From contig NW_002060953.1 in NCBI RefSeq assembly GCF_000150275.1, positions 2,320,719 through 2,384,718 on the forward strand: a stretch of DNA of 64,000 bases, in the 5' to 3' direction. This document shows positions 1 to 12,229 of the stretch, piece by piece (the first letter of the stretch is position 1; each line of letters opens with the position of its first letter). Under the pieces are notes generated by a model. It was not told the DNA's origin, did not search any database, and saw only the letters and a list, made by a program, of their open reading frames with translations. This DNA comes from Trichoplax adhaerens. Lineage: Eukaryota > Animalia > Placozoa. A program made the translations under genes and the position numbers.

Positions 1-826
1 CCAGTTTAAATAGGTTGCCAAAAGTAAATATGACTGTGAAGACGAAACAATTAAATCTTTTCCTATAAATTTGTATTCTCATCTATAATTAGCCGCATTA
101 AATCAATACTTTGCAAGCGATCGCTATTTCAATTTAATGTTGTTCTGTCACTAAAAGATTACATTCGTAAATCCTTCTTGAATAAGATCTAATTTATGTC
201 GTATTGTATATTGTCCATCGATTTGAAATACGAAAAATTCTACAAAATTTATGTTTTTGCCAGGCTAAGCATTAAAATTAATCCACTGACTGGCATAGAC
301 ATGATATTAATGAAGTCTTTTAGAAACATTTTATAGAAAATTGCTCTATCATTCTGAATAGATATTATGTAGTTGCATTAAAGTCATAATAAATTATTGT
401 CATAATTAATATGAGCTTACTAGGAATCAGTAATGTATCTAATATTTAGAAGTTTTATATCGAATAATGCTTTGGTTCAAGAGCCTAAAATAAAGTATTT
501 CGATATGATAGCGCTACACGGTTATATATGACTCACTTGAATTATTTCGCTTACTTTACCTTCTACAATCTGCTAACGCTAAATTAATTTAATTTATTGC
601 ATTAAAGCAACTGAACAACAATCTTATTATAAAGTAATCTTAATACAATACAGTATGTAATCTCTAAATAGAGTAATCCTGATAAGGATTATCTTGCTTA
701 ACTTAATTATAGGCTCATAACGTATACAAAGAGCATCTCTGGAGTACCTATTGAAAATAAATTTATAATTAACATAGATTGGACAAATGTTTATAAACCA
801 TTCTAAATCCTACGGAGGAGTCAATT

Positions 827-1985
827 TTATGGCCAGATCAATGTTTCTAAAATATTTTTTATACTAATTTTTAATATGCGAATAGTATTTATAAGCAGGC
901 ATACTGTATTAATGAGGATACCAGACTGTAAGCCTATCAAATTTCTAGATAGGCTACCTATTTCGGAACGAATTGTGTTAATAGCATCAATGTCGCAAGC
1001 AATGAATTTCGATCTACAAATGCTACCTTCAATTCTTGACTGAATCCTGTATGTATTCGCTTTCTCTACTCCATTTGAATGAGTCATGAAGATGAGTAAA
1101 TCACCGATGGCATTAATAAAAACAATTGTAGCCTTTACTAATTCCTATAGATTTAATCGTTGCTTAGATCGAAATACTGATGGTCAAGTAAATTGAATGA
1201 ATTGTTACTTAACCTGAAATACAATTAAACAAAAATTCTCGTCACTCGATTTTATTTTTAAACGGTGAAATACTGATAGATATGATTCGTAAAGCTTTTA
1301 CTTGTAGCGCGATGACGATGCATCACGTTATAACAACAAGTAGACTTTTAATAAATGATGTGAATTCTCATACGAGTTGTAAATGTAGTGATTTAAATTT
1401 TTAGTCTTAATTGCATTAAAGTATAGGATGAAACGATAGATATAGGGATGTTTACGACTCAATCATTATCTATCTGCAATGGTTAGTAACGAAAAAGATG
1501 AAAGTCCAGTAAGTCTTTTGCAGGCTTAATTTACTTTGCCTACTTATTACACTATTTATTTTGGCAGCAGCATGAAAAATCGTAGAAATAAAAAGCCAAT
1601 ATAAACGCAGACTTATTAAACGATTTAATTCTATTAAACAGTGCTTTATCATCTATATGATTAAATTTACCCCTTCTTCTACCCAAACCACATATTCAAA
1701 TCGATGTAATGCAAGAAATAAGTTAGAACATTATCGATACACTGTCAATCTGTATTACCTGATTGCTAAGAAGCAGAAATCTGCGGTTGCCAAGTTAATA
1801 ACTTGAATGTCAGTAGGAGTTTTTTTCTTCCTTCGAAATAACTTGATGACGAGAGCAGAATTTAATGTTATTCCACTTACCAAGATAATAATTAAAGCAG
1901 TTGAAAGAACATAAGATTCTTCACGATTAAATAATTTTGCGGTGCGATTAGCAGACCAAGTTATATAAAAATACTGATCTGTCAT
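827..1985 (-). pseudogene. Degenerate/partial rhodopsin-family (class A) GPCR
   Basis: Exon 1985..~1758 gives an N-terminus with NRT sequon, hydrophobic TM1 (TALIIILVSGITLNSALVIKL), basic ICL1 (RRKKKTPTD) and TM2 NLATAD (LAxAD motif), followed by a gtaat donor. An exon at ~1145..827 resembles TM4-ECL2(Cys)-TM5 but ends in a stop. No clean TM3/TM6/TM7 exons found, so it may be a pseudogene or a model I cannot complete. Confidence 0.5.
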
Positions 1986-3799
1986 TCTCCAATTTTAAAG
2001 CCAAATTAATTTTCAACGTTATACTGGACTCCAACTGAAGATGATGTCAAAAATTTGCATGTAATAACTCTTATTATTCAAACCAAAAGGAAATACTTAG
2101 GTTGATCAACAGGATGTAGATCAAATAAATCGCTGTATGTAATAAAATCCTTTAGCTGTTTTCGTATACGATGATAATTTAATTTGACGATAGCATCGAG
2201 GAGGAAAAATAATAATCAATTGGGCGTCTAATTGTTGACTTTAATTTGAAATCGATCATAGGGTTGCAAGCGTTTTTATACTATCATTAGTTTCATTGAC
2301 TAAGGCTTTACACTATTCTTCAACATAGGCAAGTATTGTTAATTAAAGATGAAGGACTGCAACGCTATCATACTGTATTGTGACGTAGTTAATGAATGCC
2401 TAGGTTTCATTTTAGCTTATTTATTTACTTTTCAATACTACTATGGCATTATTAGAGAGCTTTTGTGTATTTTTTCCATGTTGTCGTGGTAGCCGAAGTT
2501 GAAGAGAATGGATAGTTAATGTGATTGAGAAATAGCAGTTAATTAATGATGCATTTCTCTTTTGAAAACAGGTGAGGAAATTACTGCATCGACAAAAAAT
2601 AAAAACTATAATTTCACTGTCTGGTTTAAACAAAGGTTTGATTATGTATTCTAATTGTTAATCGTTTTTATATTAATATTATTAATACTGTTTGGTACCT
2701 GCTATCCAATGTCATAAAGGATTAGTGTTAAGAGGATTTACAAAAGATAAATTGATAGCTATTAGATCGGAATGGATGTTAGAATAAAGCCGATGCTGCT
2801 GGCGTAGCATCTATTGTTAACATATTTATAAACGTTATTTTAAACAGTTTACGATCAAGACTAGTTTACTTTAGGCGAGAATTTAGTTATAAATTATTTT
2901 GGCTAAAGTAGACACTTATAACTTCTATTAAGCATCGGCATTAATGCAGTATAACGAAATATTGCTATAGTACGTGACATCTTGTATGAAATGACTACCA
3001 TATTGTAGTAAAATGATATGATCTTGTGAAATATGATTATTGGTCGGAAATTCTTTTCATTCTGTGTAATAGCTGATTTAGTAACTGAAGACTAAGGGCC
3101 TCTAGTGTAGGCGGTTTCGGTAGGATACGAGTCTAACCAGATCAAATAAAACATTTATTTTATTATTAATTAATAGGTAAAGATTAGTTTCATCATTAAA
3201 GAGTCGTTGTCACAGGCACATTAATAAGTAGTAAGCAATTAGCGATTAATATTTCAATAAAGAAAGGTCATCATTGCCCATGATAATTTTATCCTTAGTT
3301 ACACTAATGAGGTCAAAGTTTTCATACGGACTGCATTAACTGGTCAATCGAGTGTGAGCTAGGATTGTCATCTCTTCACTACAAGTATACATAAGTTACG
3401 TTCTAGAGTATAGTATTTCCTATACCTCGATATGAGATACATCTCGGATAAAGACCACTTTGATTTTAATTATAATCTACTACCTTTCGTCTCTACACAC
3501 AAATGCGTATGTAACTTAAAGCCAAGAATCTTCAGCCTACAGATAATATTCAAGCTCAGCAGCAGCAATATAGCAACGATTTTATCTAAGCCATGGCTAC
3601 AAGATTTATTAATTTTAAAACTTTGTTATTAGTCTGAAAAATAGCGCATACCAAGACATTAATAAAAACTTGGTTCGAGTTTACTACCTGAACAGAATTG
3701 AGTTAACTATTAATCCCGTTATCATATCACTGATAGGCTTTAAAATAGTGGAGTAATATTTTCTAACGATAGTCTGTAGAAACAGTAGTAAAGGCATGG

Positions 3800-4111
3800 T
3801 GTCAGGTTTAGCCCACGACAAGGAAACCTGGGTCTTTAAATCTGTATGAATACTAAGGCTACAACAACCAAATGTGCACCTAACGGGCTAAGAGTAGACT
3901 AGACTTAGGCTTTTAAATTAGTTTATTAAACCAAGGTAGTCTTGACATCCAAGACTACTCTAACTACACGCTTACACTACTGTACATGGTCAATCGTCAA
4001 CTCAATAGCTAATGAGAGCACCGGGCTTTACATACCCTAGCTCGGTTGCACTCGGTGCACATTATTAAAGCTAACGCTACAATTAATTTACGGAGTCTGT
4101 ACTCCATCACA
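3800..4111 (-). mobile_element. Solo LTR (312 bp) with 5-bp target-site duplication CATGG
   Basis: Starts TGT (3800) and ends ACA (4111), flanked by CATGG at 3795-3799 and 4112-4116. The minus strand has a TATA-like TATGTAAA (~4034-4027) upstream of AATAAA (3927-3922). More GC-rich than its flanks. Confidence 0.8.
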
Positions 4112-4980
4112 CATGGTCAGATACTGAGTATAGAAGATAAAGTCTGCGATGTGCTATAAGCAAGTAAAATAGAAGATGAATTGATATTTACATATTTTAT
4201 GACCTAATCTATAGACTAGCAGTAGCCCTTGCTTAATCAAGATATTTATAGATTTTGGTTTAAAAATAGGCGATAGCCTATTAAATCATCAAATGCATGC
4301 ATCAATGATATAATTGATTCGTACACTAATGAACCCTCATTACCCACATATAAATTCATTACCATACGTATTTCCACAATATTGAGATTGTCGCAGATTG
4401 GAAGCTGATTTTGCTTCAATTTCATATCGATCATGAAATGTGATGAAGCAAGCAAGATAGGATAATTAAGGAGGATCTCAGTTTGCACATAGCTTATGAC
4501 TATATTTTAAAATGAGCTACTAATGTTTCATCTGAAGATTTTACTCCAAGAATATTAAACGTAGGATGCAAGTAATGTTCAATCATTTCAATAATTAAAT
4601 AATCATACTGGTATTGGTATTCGGAACTGATCTATAATTAATAAAATAATATCCCTCATTTCATAGTAACTCAAGGCAAATGAAATCATGGCTAGTTAAT
4701 CATTAAGGATTCACGTAGCAATTCCAGTAGATAAGATCATCTTTCATAAATCCTTTTTAGCATGCTTAGCTCAAACTGTGCAGCTGAGGTATCATGTCCC
4801 TATAAGTTTACGAAAGTCCTTGTTCATTTAGTTGAGTCTGTATAAGCTATTAGAAAAGAAGACCTAAAACCAACAGTCCTCTATCATTCCTTACCGTATC
4901 TGTCTAAATATGTTCAATTATTTTTAGCAATGATGGTAGTACTGTATCGCCATTTCTTATCGCGTATCTGCTACTGATAC

Positions 4981-5340
4981 TTTTAAATCCATGAAGATTG
5001 ATTGCTAGATGAAACAATGTCATCACAAAAATGAAAATTAACTCAAAGTAATGATTGATGATCATGATGAAATAGTGGAAATTAATTCAAATCCATGATT
5101 GATGATTCGATGAAATATCGCCATCATAAAAACGGAATTATTCTAAATCTATGATTAACGACCAGTATGGAATATCGATATCACTAAAATAATAGAAATT
5201 AATTTAAATCCATGGTCGACGGTCTACGGGGTCACTATACAGTAGAGTATCGCCATCATAGAAATGAAATTAATTCGAATCAATGAATGATAATTAATCA
5301 GTATGAAGTATAGCCATCATAAAAATGAAAATTAATTAGA
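4981..5340. repeat. Degenerate minisatellite, ~6-7 copies, period ~45-70 bp
   Basis: Recurring core ATCGCCATCATAAAAATGAAATTAATTCAAATCCATGATTGATGA; AATTAATTCAAATCCATG-like anchors near 4981, 5036, 5080, 5136, 5197, 5268 and 5330. Confidence 0.75.
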
Positions 5341-6136
5341 CTAGATGGCAATTTTGTGATATATTCAATTGGATAGTTTCATGCATGTATCCTATTCCAA
5401 TCGTCATTGCTGTACTGTACTGTGTGCGAAAATGAAGTAAAACTATCTCGATCTCGAAAAGAGCTTCACCTAGCAGAAGATTCCCTATCGAAAGCACTAT
5501 AACATAAAATCACCGTAATAAATCAATCCGTAAACCTATGTTGCAATGCGAGATAGTAGCAGTTGTTATTGTAGGAGTCCAAATTTCCTATTCCTCTACT
5601 AGTAGCTAGCCTTCAGAATTAATCATTATATTATAACTAATTAATCAGCAGGCAGAGCGGGAATTTTTACGTTTGTAATCCCTAAATAGCAATTTCTGTT
5701 GCAGGAGTCCAAATACCCTTACTACGAGTAACGTACATTGTACTCTAAAGTACCTCCAATGTGGGAATATGATGCCAGTGTAAATACAGCTTGGCAGTAT
5801 ATAATATCACGAGCGAGGGTTGCACGAGTAAATAGAATATTCCACTCGATAAAACAGATAGGCAAAGTATCACGATCAACTGCGTTCGACTTTTAAGTAG
5901 AATTAATAATAATAAAATGCTGTTAGAGTGCATTTATCAAAGTAAAAAAAATTCAATATTTACGGAGTGGGATATCCATATTGAATCCCAATAAATTGGT
6001 ATACTGTATTTAGGAATGCCTATAGAACATCTATGTGATGTTTCTCTTTTACAAGTTCCTGCTGATCTCCCTCCCCGTCCACTTGATCGTGTTTACGGAT
6101 TGGAGTCGGATAGGACAGAAGGGATTGACGCGGAGT

Positions 6137-6985
6137 CCTGTACTGTACTGTACTGTACTAACCCTAACCCTAACTGTACAGTACAGTACAAGTGTACAAC
6201 GGTCTTCTGACAGATTGTCCGTGTCACCTATATTTTTCGCGATTTTTTAACATTAGATGTACGGTAAACAATTTTGCCATAACATTCAACATGGTATTAT
6301 CAGTAGTACGGTACATAAGTAAAAATAACGGTCCGCCATTAAAACGATTTTTTTGCCATCTATTGACATAGTACGTTCATGTTATCATGATAATCTATCT
6401 TGGGAGATATCCTTCTATGGGTATATATATATAAATACTATACAGGAATTTCAACGGAATACAACTTGAATTTTTTAACGAAGAGGAGACATCGAAAATA
6501 ATCACATTGTACAGTACTGTACTGTACAGTGTGAACCAGTTCCAATCAGAGTACTTTAAGGTGCCCTAAAATCACGAGAGTGAAGCAAAATGTAATAAAA
6601 AGTATACGAATATAAAGCTGAATACAATTTATTTTGCCTAATAGCACTCTAAAGAGAACTGGCTCACATCGTACCATTGTGTACCACGGTCTTCTAAACA
6701 GAAACTCCGTGTCAACCATACTGTACTGTAGAGTTAAGAAAAAAACACTCAACAGTACTGTTGAGTATCTGAGCAATCGGGGTTATGATGGCTGGGCCTA
6801 CAGTACTGTACCGTATAGTACAGTCCAGTACAGTGTATAGTACTGTACAGTACAAGACAGTGACGTGCACTGTGCAGTACAGTACACAGTACTGTACCGC
6901 AAAGTACTGTACGGACTCTTTCTCTACGATATAATGTACTGTATAGCAGACTACAGCTCACTGTCCGTATCATACTGTATGGGTA
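6137..6985. promoter_or_regulatory. TACTG/CAGTA (GTAC) repeat arrays upstream of EIF2B5
   Basis: Patches at ~6137-6200, ~6507-6530 and ~6720-6985, ending ~60 bp before the EIF2B5 ATG. The regulatory role is inferred from position. Confidence 0.6.
6530..6668. mobile_element. Degenerate MITE-like foldback (~26-bp imperfect inverted repeats)
   Basis: TGTGAACCAGTTCCAATCAGAGTACT (6530-6555) versus the reverse complement of 6643-6668, TGTGAGCCAGTTCTCTTTAGAGTGCT: 20/26 identical. AT-rich interior; no clear TSD. Confidence 0.45.
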
Positions 6986-7045
6986 ACATTGACCGGTTGG
7001 CGTGTGGCTGAACTGCTTCAAACGCACTTGTTAGCCGGCCTTAGC

Positions 7046-10000
7046 ATGGCGTCAACCAAGGCTGGTCATCATGGAGGCGGTAAAGGTAAGAAAAAAGCGG
7101 CTGGAGGAGATGAAACTTGGACAACAGAAGATATTCTCCAAGCGGTTATCATTGGGGACAGTTTCAATTTTCGCTTTCTACCAGTAACTCATGAGAAACC
7201 GAGAGTAAGTTTGAACTACAGAATGATGCTAGCAATTATTCAATTCTGTTTTTTGCCTTTTGAAGATGAACTTGTACACGATGTAGTGTCCGGAAGTTGT
7301 AATCTATTGGCGTTGTGCTACAGTACTGTATATGCTCTAGACTGTGTTTTGCGATGCTTACCTCATAGTCAGCCTTTATCTCTTCGATAAAGGATGAGAT
7401 TGTTGCCAAGGTATCAAGATGCCAGACAGCAATGATAACATCCTAGTCGCTTTATTTATAAGAGCAGCATACCGACTTTTATGAACAACCACTGAAGATA
7501 GCGATTGGCTGCTGCACGTTTACAACTGTGTGAACACTGGTAGAAAATGTCGATACTAAAATGAAGCATAAATGCGTAGTGTTACATGACTACTTTACTT
7601 TATGGATCAACGGCTTTTTTAGACACTACTGTATCGCCAATAATTATAATTAATCATACATGTTCTACTGTATTGCAATAATAATTACGCATAATTAAAG
7701 TAGTGGCCATGTAGATTGATTGAATTTAATGAACTTACTGTTCGTTAGCTGAAATTTATAGTATTAGTATCCTACAATTTTCTTCACCATCAACTGATAG
7801 ACTGAAAGTTGGCATTGATGACCGTCTAGCAAAATACAGTAGTTGCAACCTACTCGTACTATGTAGCATATACCTTTGTTTATATACAATTTTTCATGCT
7901 ATAATGTTGTACTACAGGTTGGCAGAATGAATGCATACTAGTTCTATTAATCTAACATTGAAATGTACTGAACTGAAGTTATATTGATCTTATTTGCAGA
8001 CACTCTTACCATTGGTTAATCGTCCATTACTTGACTATACAATCGATTTTCTATTGCATGCTGGGGTTCAAGATATATTTGTTTATTGCTGCGCTCACTG
8101 CGATCAAATTACAGCACATATGCAGTAAGATTTTCTGACTCATGTTATTGTATTTATCACATTAAAATAGCGTACTTCCAAAATAGATTGTCAGTGCGCA
8201 AAGTTAGCTCATCGAGCTTCATATTTTTCGCTGTCTTGTGGACATGCACAAATGGTATAGTTGCAACGTTGTTCTCATTAATGCTTTCAGACAGAAAATA
8301 AGAAGCTTGAAACATTGCTGCAACATCAAAACAATGAAATCTGATAGAGCCTTATCATTGGGTGATGCCTTGCGGGATATCGAAAATCAGGTAATTCTTT
8401 TCGGTAATATAATAAAGTTCATATGTGCCATGTATGTGCAAAAGTATTGCTAAGTATAGAGCAATTTTTATGTAATCAATATTTAGGAATTATCGATACT
8501 AGCATTCTGTCTGTATAGCCTAGCTAGCATGTATTACTACTCTATTTTCTACGGTACTCGAACCCTAACCCGAACACTATTATTTATCATCAACTGTTTA
8601 ACATAGTTAATCTGTAACGGATTATTTTAGGCCGTCATAAAGTCTGATTTTATCTTGGTAAGTGGAGATCTAGTGTCAAATATGAAATTGCAGAAGGCTT
8701 TAGAAGAGCACAAGTAAGGCAAATGGATTAGTGATTGAAGTTGCTACAGAAATGATTACTTATTTCTATTGGGATATCTTAGGCAAAGAAGAAAGAATGA
8801 TAAAATGTCGGTTATGACTATGATACTCAAAGAATCTGCACCTGGTCACAGAAGCCGGTATGCGTTGTAGTTATAGTTGTAATATTTTTCTCGTTAATCC
8901 TCCTTACCAATTGCGTTTCTATTGATGGCGTTTCGATGCTAATACAATAGGTAACGTTTAGTTAATGGAGGTATAGAAAAGAAGGCCTTCATGTAGACCT
9001 ATTTTGAAAATTTATATGATGAATAGGAATGTCATGGCCTTTACATCTATGTAAACTTGACAGATTAAGCTATTTTTAGCCGTTGTTCGAACAGATTTAA
9101 TATGCTGTGCTATAATTATTGAATATTCATGTTGAAAAAAGGCATTGGCGTATCTAGTTTTATATAAATGTTATGCTATAAATTTGTGCTACCGTTATTA
9201 GATGTAGTGAAGAAGATATGATTGCAGCAATTGATCCGAAAAACAATCGACTCCTTCACTATCAGATGACACGTAATCATACCAAAGTATCCTTTCCAGC
9301 TGTTAGTCGTAAACATACTTATTCTCGTTACTTAAATTTTAAATTATTAAATAATTTGCTAATATAATTTGCAATTTTGTCTTTGAAGTCAATTTTTCTG
9401 GAGAATCGGGGCGTTCATCTTCGTTACGATTTACTGGATTGCCATGTTAGCATTTGTTCTCCCCAGGTACTGTAGAATAATACTGATTCACAGTTACGGC
9501 AGTAATGTAATTGCAAACCTAACATCTTGCCATTTTGACACAGGTAACTCAACTTTTTACGGATAACTTTGATTATCAAACAATCTACGATTTTATTCGT
9601 GGAATCCTTATCAGTGAAGAGGTAAGTTTGTGCATATGCATTAAATTGTTCATGTAAGTTACATTCCCATAATTTCTTATTTTTGCAACCGATTATACAT
9701 ACACGTAAACCATTCATTAAAGTTTAACAAAATTATTGGCTTATGAGTTTGTTGTGCCATTTGACGTTCGTCTCGCCTTCCCCTTGAAATTATATTCTAG
9801 ATTACTGGTCATCAGATCCACACCTATACGGTAACGGATGAATATGCTGTTCGTGTATCGAATTTGCACATGTATGATGCTGTCAGGTATGACATATACA
9901 TATAACACACGTACATTGGATTATGTATCATTCTAAATGCATAAGCCAGTAAAGTATGCCCTATCAAAACCTAGCAAAGATGTTATTCATCGTTGGTCAT

Positions 10001-12229
10001 ATCCATTGGTACCTGATGAAAAACATACCAGTAAAGAAGAATCTTACACCATATCTCAGCCAAACATATATCTAGGTGCTGTTAATGTCATTCTAGCAAG
10101 GTAAGTTATCGCTGTAACATAAAAAAGTAATTGCTTAAATTTTTTGGTATCTGTTGTCATAAATCGTTGTGTTTCGAATCCGGTAACGTTTTGGTCGTAT
10201 ATTTCGAATACAGAAGTTGCGTTTTATCTGAAGACGTCGTTATCGGTAGTCATTGTAGTGTTGGAGAAGGAACACAAATTAAAAGTTCAGTAATTGGAAA
10301 TGGCTGTAAAATAGGTTTGATACTTAGTAGATCTATTCTTAATTTCTACTTAATATTAGCTAATTATGAGTTATTCATCAATTTAGGCAATAATGTAATT
10401 ATCAAAGATTCCTACGTTTGGAATAACGTAATCATCGATGACGATTGCTGTATTATCAATTCATTATTATGTGACGATTGTCGTATTAAACGGTAAAGAG
10501 TAAAATTGAAGTATTAAGTAATTAATTAATTATACAATTGTTAATAGACTGTTCTACCATGAGCTAACTAACTCCTATTTGCTCATAGAAAAGTAAATAT
10601 CAACAGTGGTTGCTTGCTTTCCTTTGGGGTAATATTAAAATTTCTTTCGAAGCCAACGCAATTTGCAATTAATTGTATTTATTTAAAACTGAACTTGTTT
10701 AAATTACAGGTGGTTATTGGCCCTGACGTTACTTTAGAAGAGAATAGTCGATTTTCTTGTCAGAAGCCTAAGCCGAAGCATCTTATGGAAAATGATAATA
10801 CGACTGGAATAGGAACGGAACAAAACGAAGAAGCGGAAGATATACCTAATTGTAAGAAATATAGCTGAATATTATCTTCAAATCTTGCGTATATAAATTA
10901 ATAAGTTATATTGACGTATTGTTTGCTCATAAGATTATTTTTCTTAAATTTTTGTCTATGCACGTATATTAATAGATGATAGAGCTATACTAGGACCTGA
11001 AGGCATTGGTTATGTATGGCAGCCAGAACTGTTTAACGATTACATGGAAGATGAGAGAGGTAAGACTAGTATTAATAGGTAGCAACGTGTGAAATTGCTG
11101 AATTTAACTCTCATTAACCACTACTGGAAATTAGGGAGTTTACACAGTGAAGATTCAGATAGTGATTCTGCGGCAAATGGATTCGAAATAGATGATGAAG
11201 GTTTGCTAGACTATATTTATTCTGAAAAGAGATGAAAATGTTTTAGCGGTATGATTTGTTACTCCTATTAGATCAATTTCATAGTGAAGTTAGTGAGAGT
11301 ATTCGTCAAGGATTTGCAGACAAGACACCAGCGGAAAATATCATTTACGAACTAAATGGTTCAAAGTTCGTAGACGTTTAATATGAATTGGCGTATTGGA
11401 TTTACAATTAACGTTATACTTACATTTATATGCGCTTTCTTAACAACAATTTAGGTTTGCCTATAACAGAACCGTAGCTGATGTAGCACAGTCTGTTGTA
11501 TTGGCAATTATGGATGGTCCATCCAGTAGTTCAGCCAAAGCAGATAACAATTCTTATTTATCCTATTATAAGGAAGTTAGTTGTAAACGAAATCGTGACT
11601 AACTTTAAATAGTGTATTAAGCTTTCTATTGCACCTCTTTGTTTTCATATTGTAGGTTTTTAGCTACTACAAGACGTTAATCGAAAACTATGCCAAAACT
11701 GCATCTTGTCAAATTGGCTGTTTAGAAGCTATTGAGGTTATTTAACGAAAACTTATTATAGTATTAATAATTTTAATGTTTATTTGCCGACTGATTTCTA
11801 TACAACCTTTGAACGATGTATAATAATATGAATATTACAACTTCTGTAAAATTTTACAGGACTATTGTTTAGAAAATAGTACAGTCTTCCATTTGATACA
11901 AAAGATCCTATTGATGCTATACAATTTGGACATAATTGAAGAACTTCCTATTCAACGCTGGTTTACAAATTTACCACCCGAAAGTGATGAAACACTCTCT
12001 CAGCGAAAACGATTACGCGAATTAGTAAGATAAAGCTATATCGTTTATTAATAGCAATCTGATTACTATATATGTATATTCGGCTTTATGTTAAGTTTTG
12101 TCGTTAGTAGGCAAAATGCCGTACTTGTTTTTGCTCATTGGCTACATTTATTGTATGATTGTATAGGTGCAACCATTCATCAGTTGGCTGAATGAAGCCG
12201 AAGAAGAGTCCTCTGAGGATGACGAGTGA
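7046..12229 (+). CDS. EIF2B5: Translation initiation factor eIF2B epsilon subunit (~21 exons)
   Basis: ATG 7046; [23 protein letters not shown]|[30 protein letters not shown], left-handed beta-helix hexapeptides ([27 protein letters not shown]), and W2/HEAT C-terminus [17 protein letters not shown] (TGA 12227-12229). GT-AG introns keep frame. Confidence 0.95.

Noticed and set aside
4981-5340. Repeat array as CRISPR or a C/D snoRNA cluster
   Set aside because: Eukaryotic context; units are diverged without unique spacers; no consistent CTGA D boxes or terminal stems.
5569-5730. Short duplication (GTAGGAGTCCAAAT / GCAGGAGTCCAAAT)
   Set aside because: Only ~14-30 bp of similarity and no element boundaries.
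6157-6174. CTAACCCTAACCCTAAC as a telomerase RNA template or telomere
   Set aside because: Under three units, flanked by simple repeats, with no visible pseudoknot or H/ACA domain; a similar word occurs at ~8561 in an intron.
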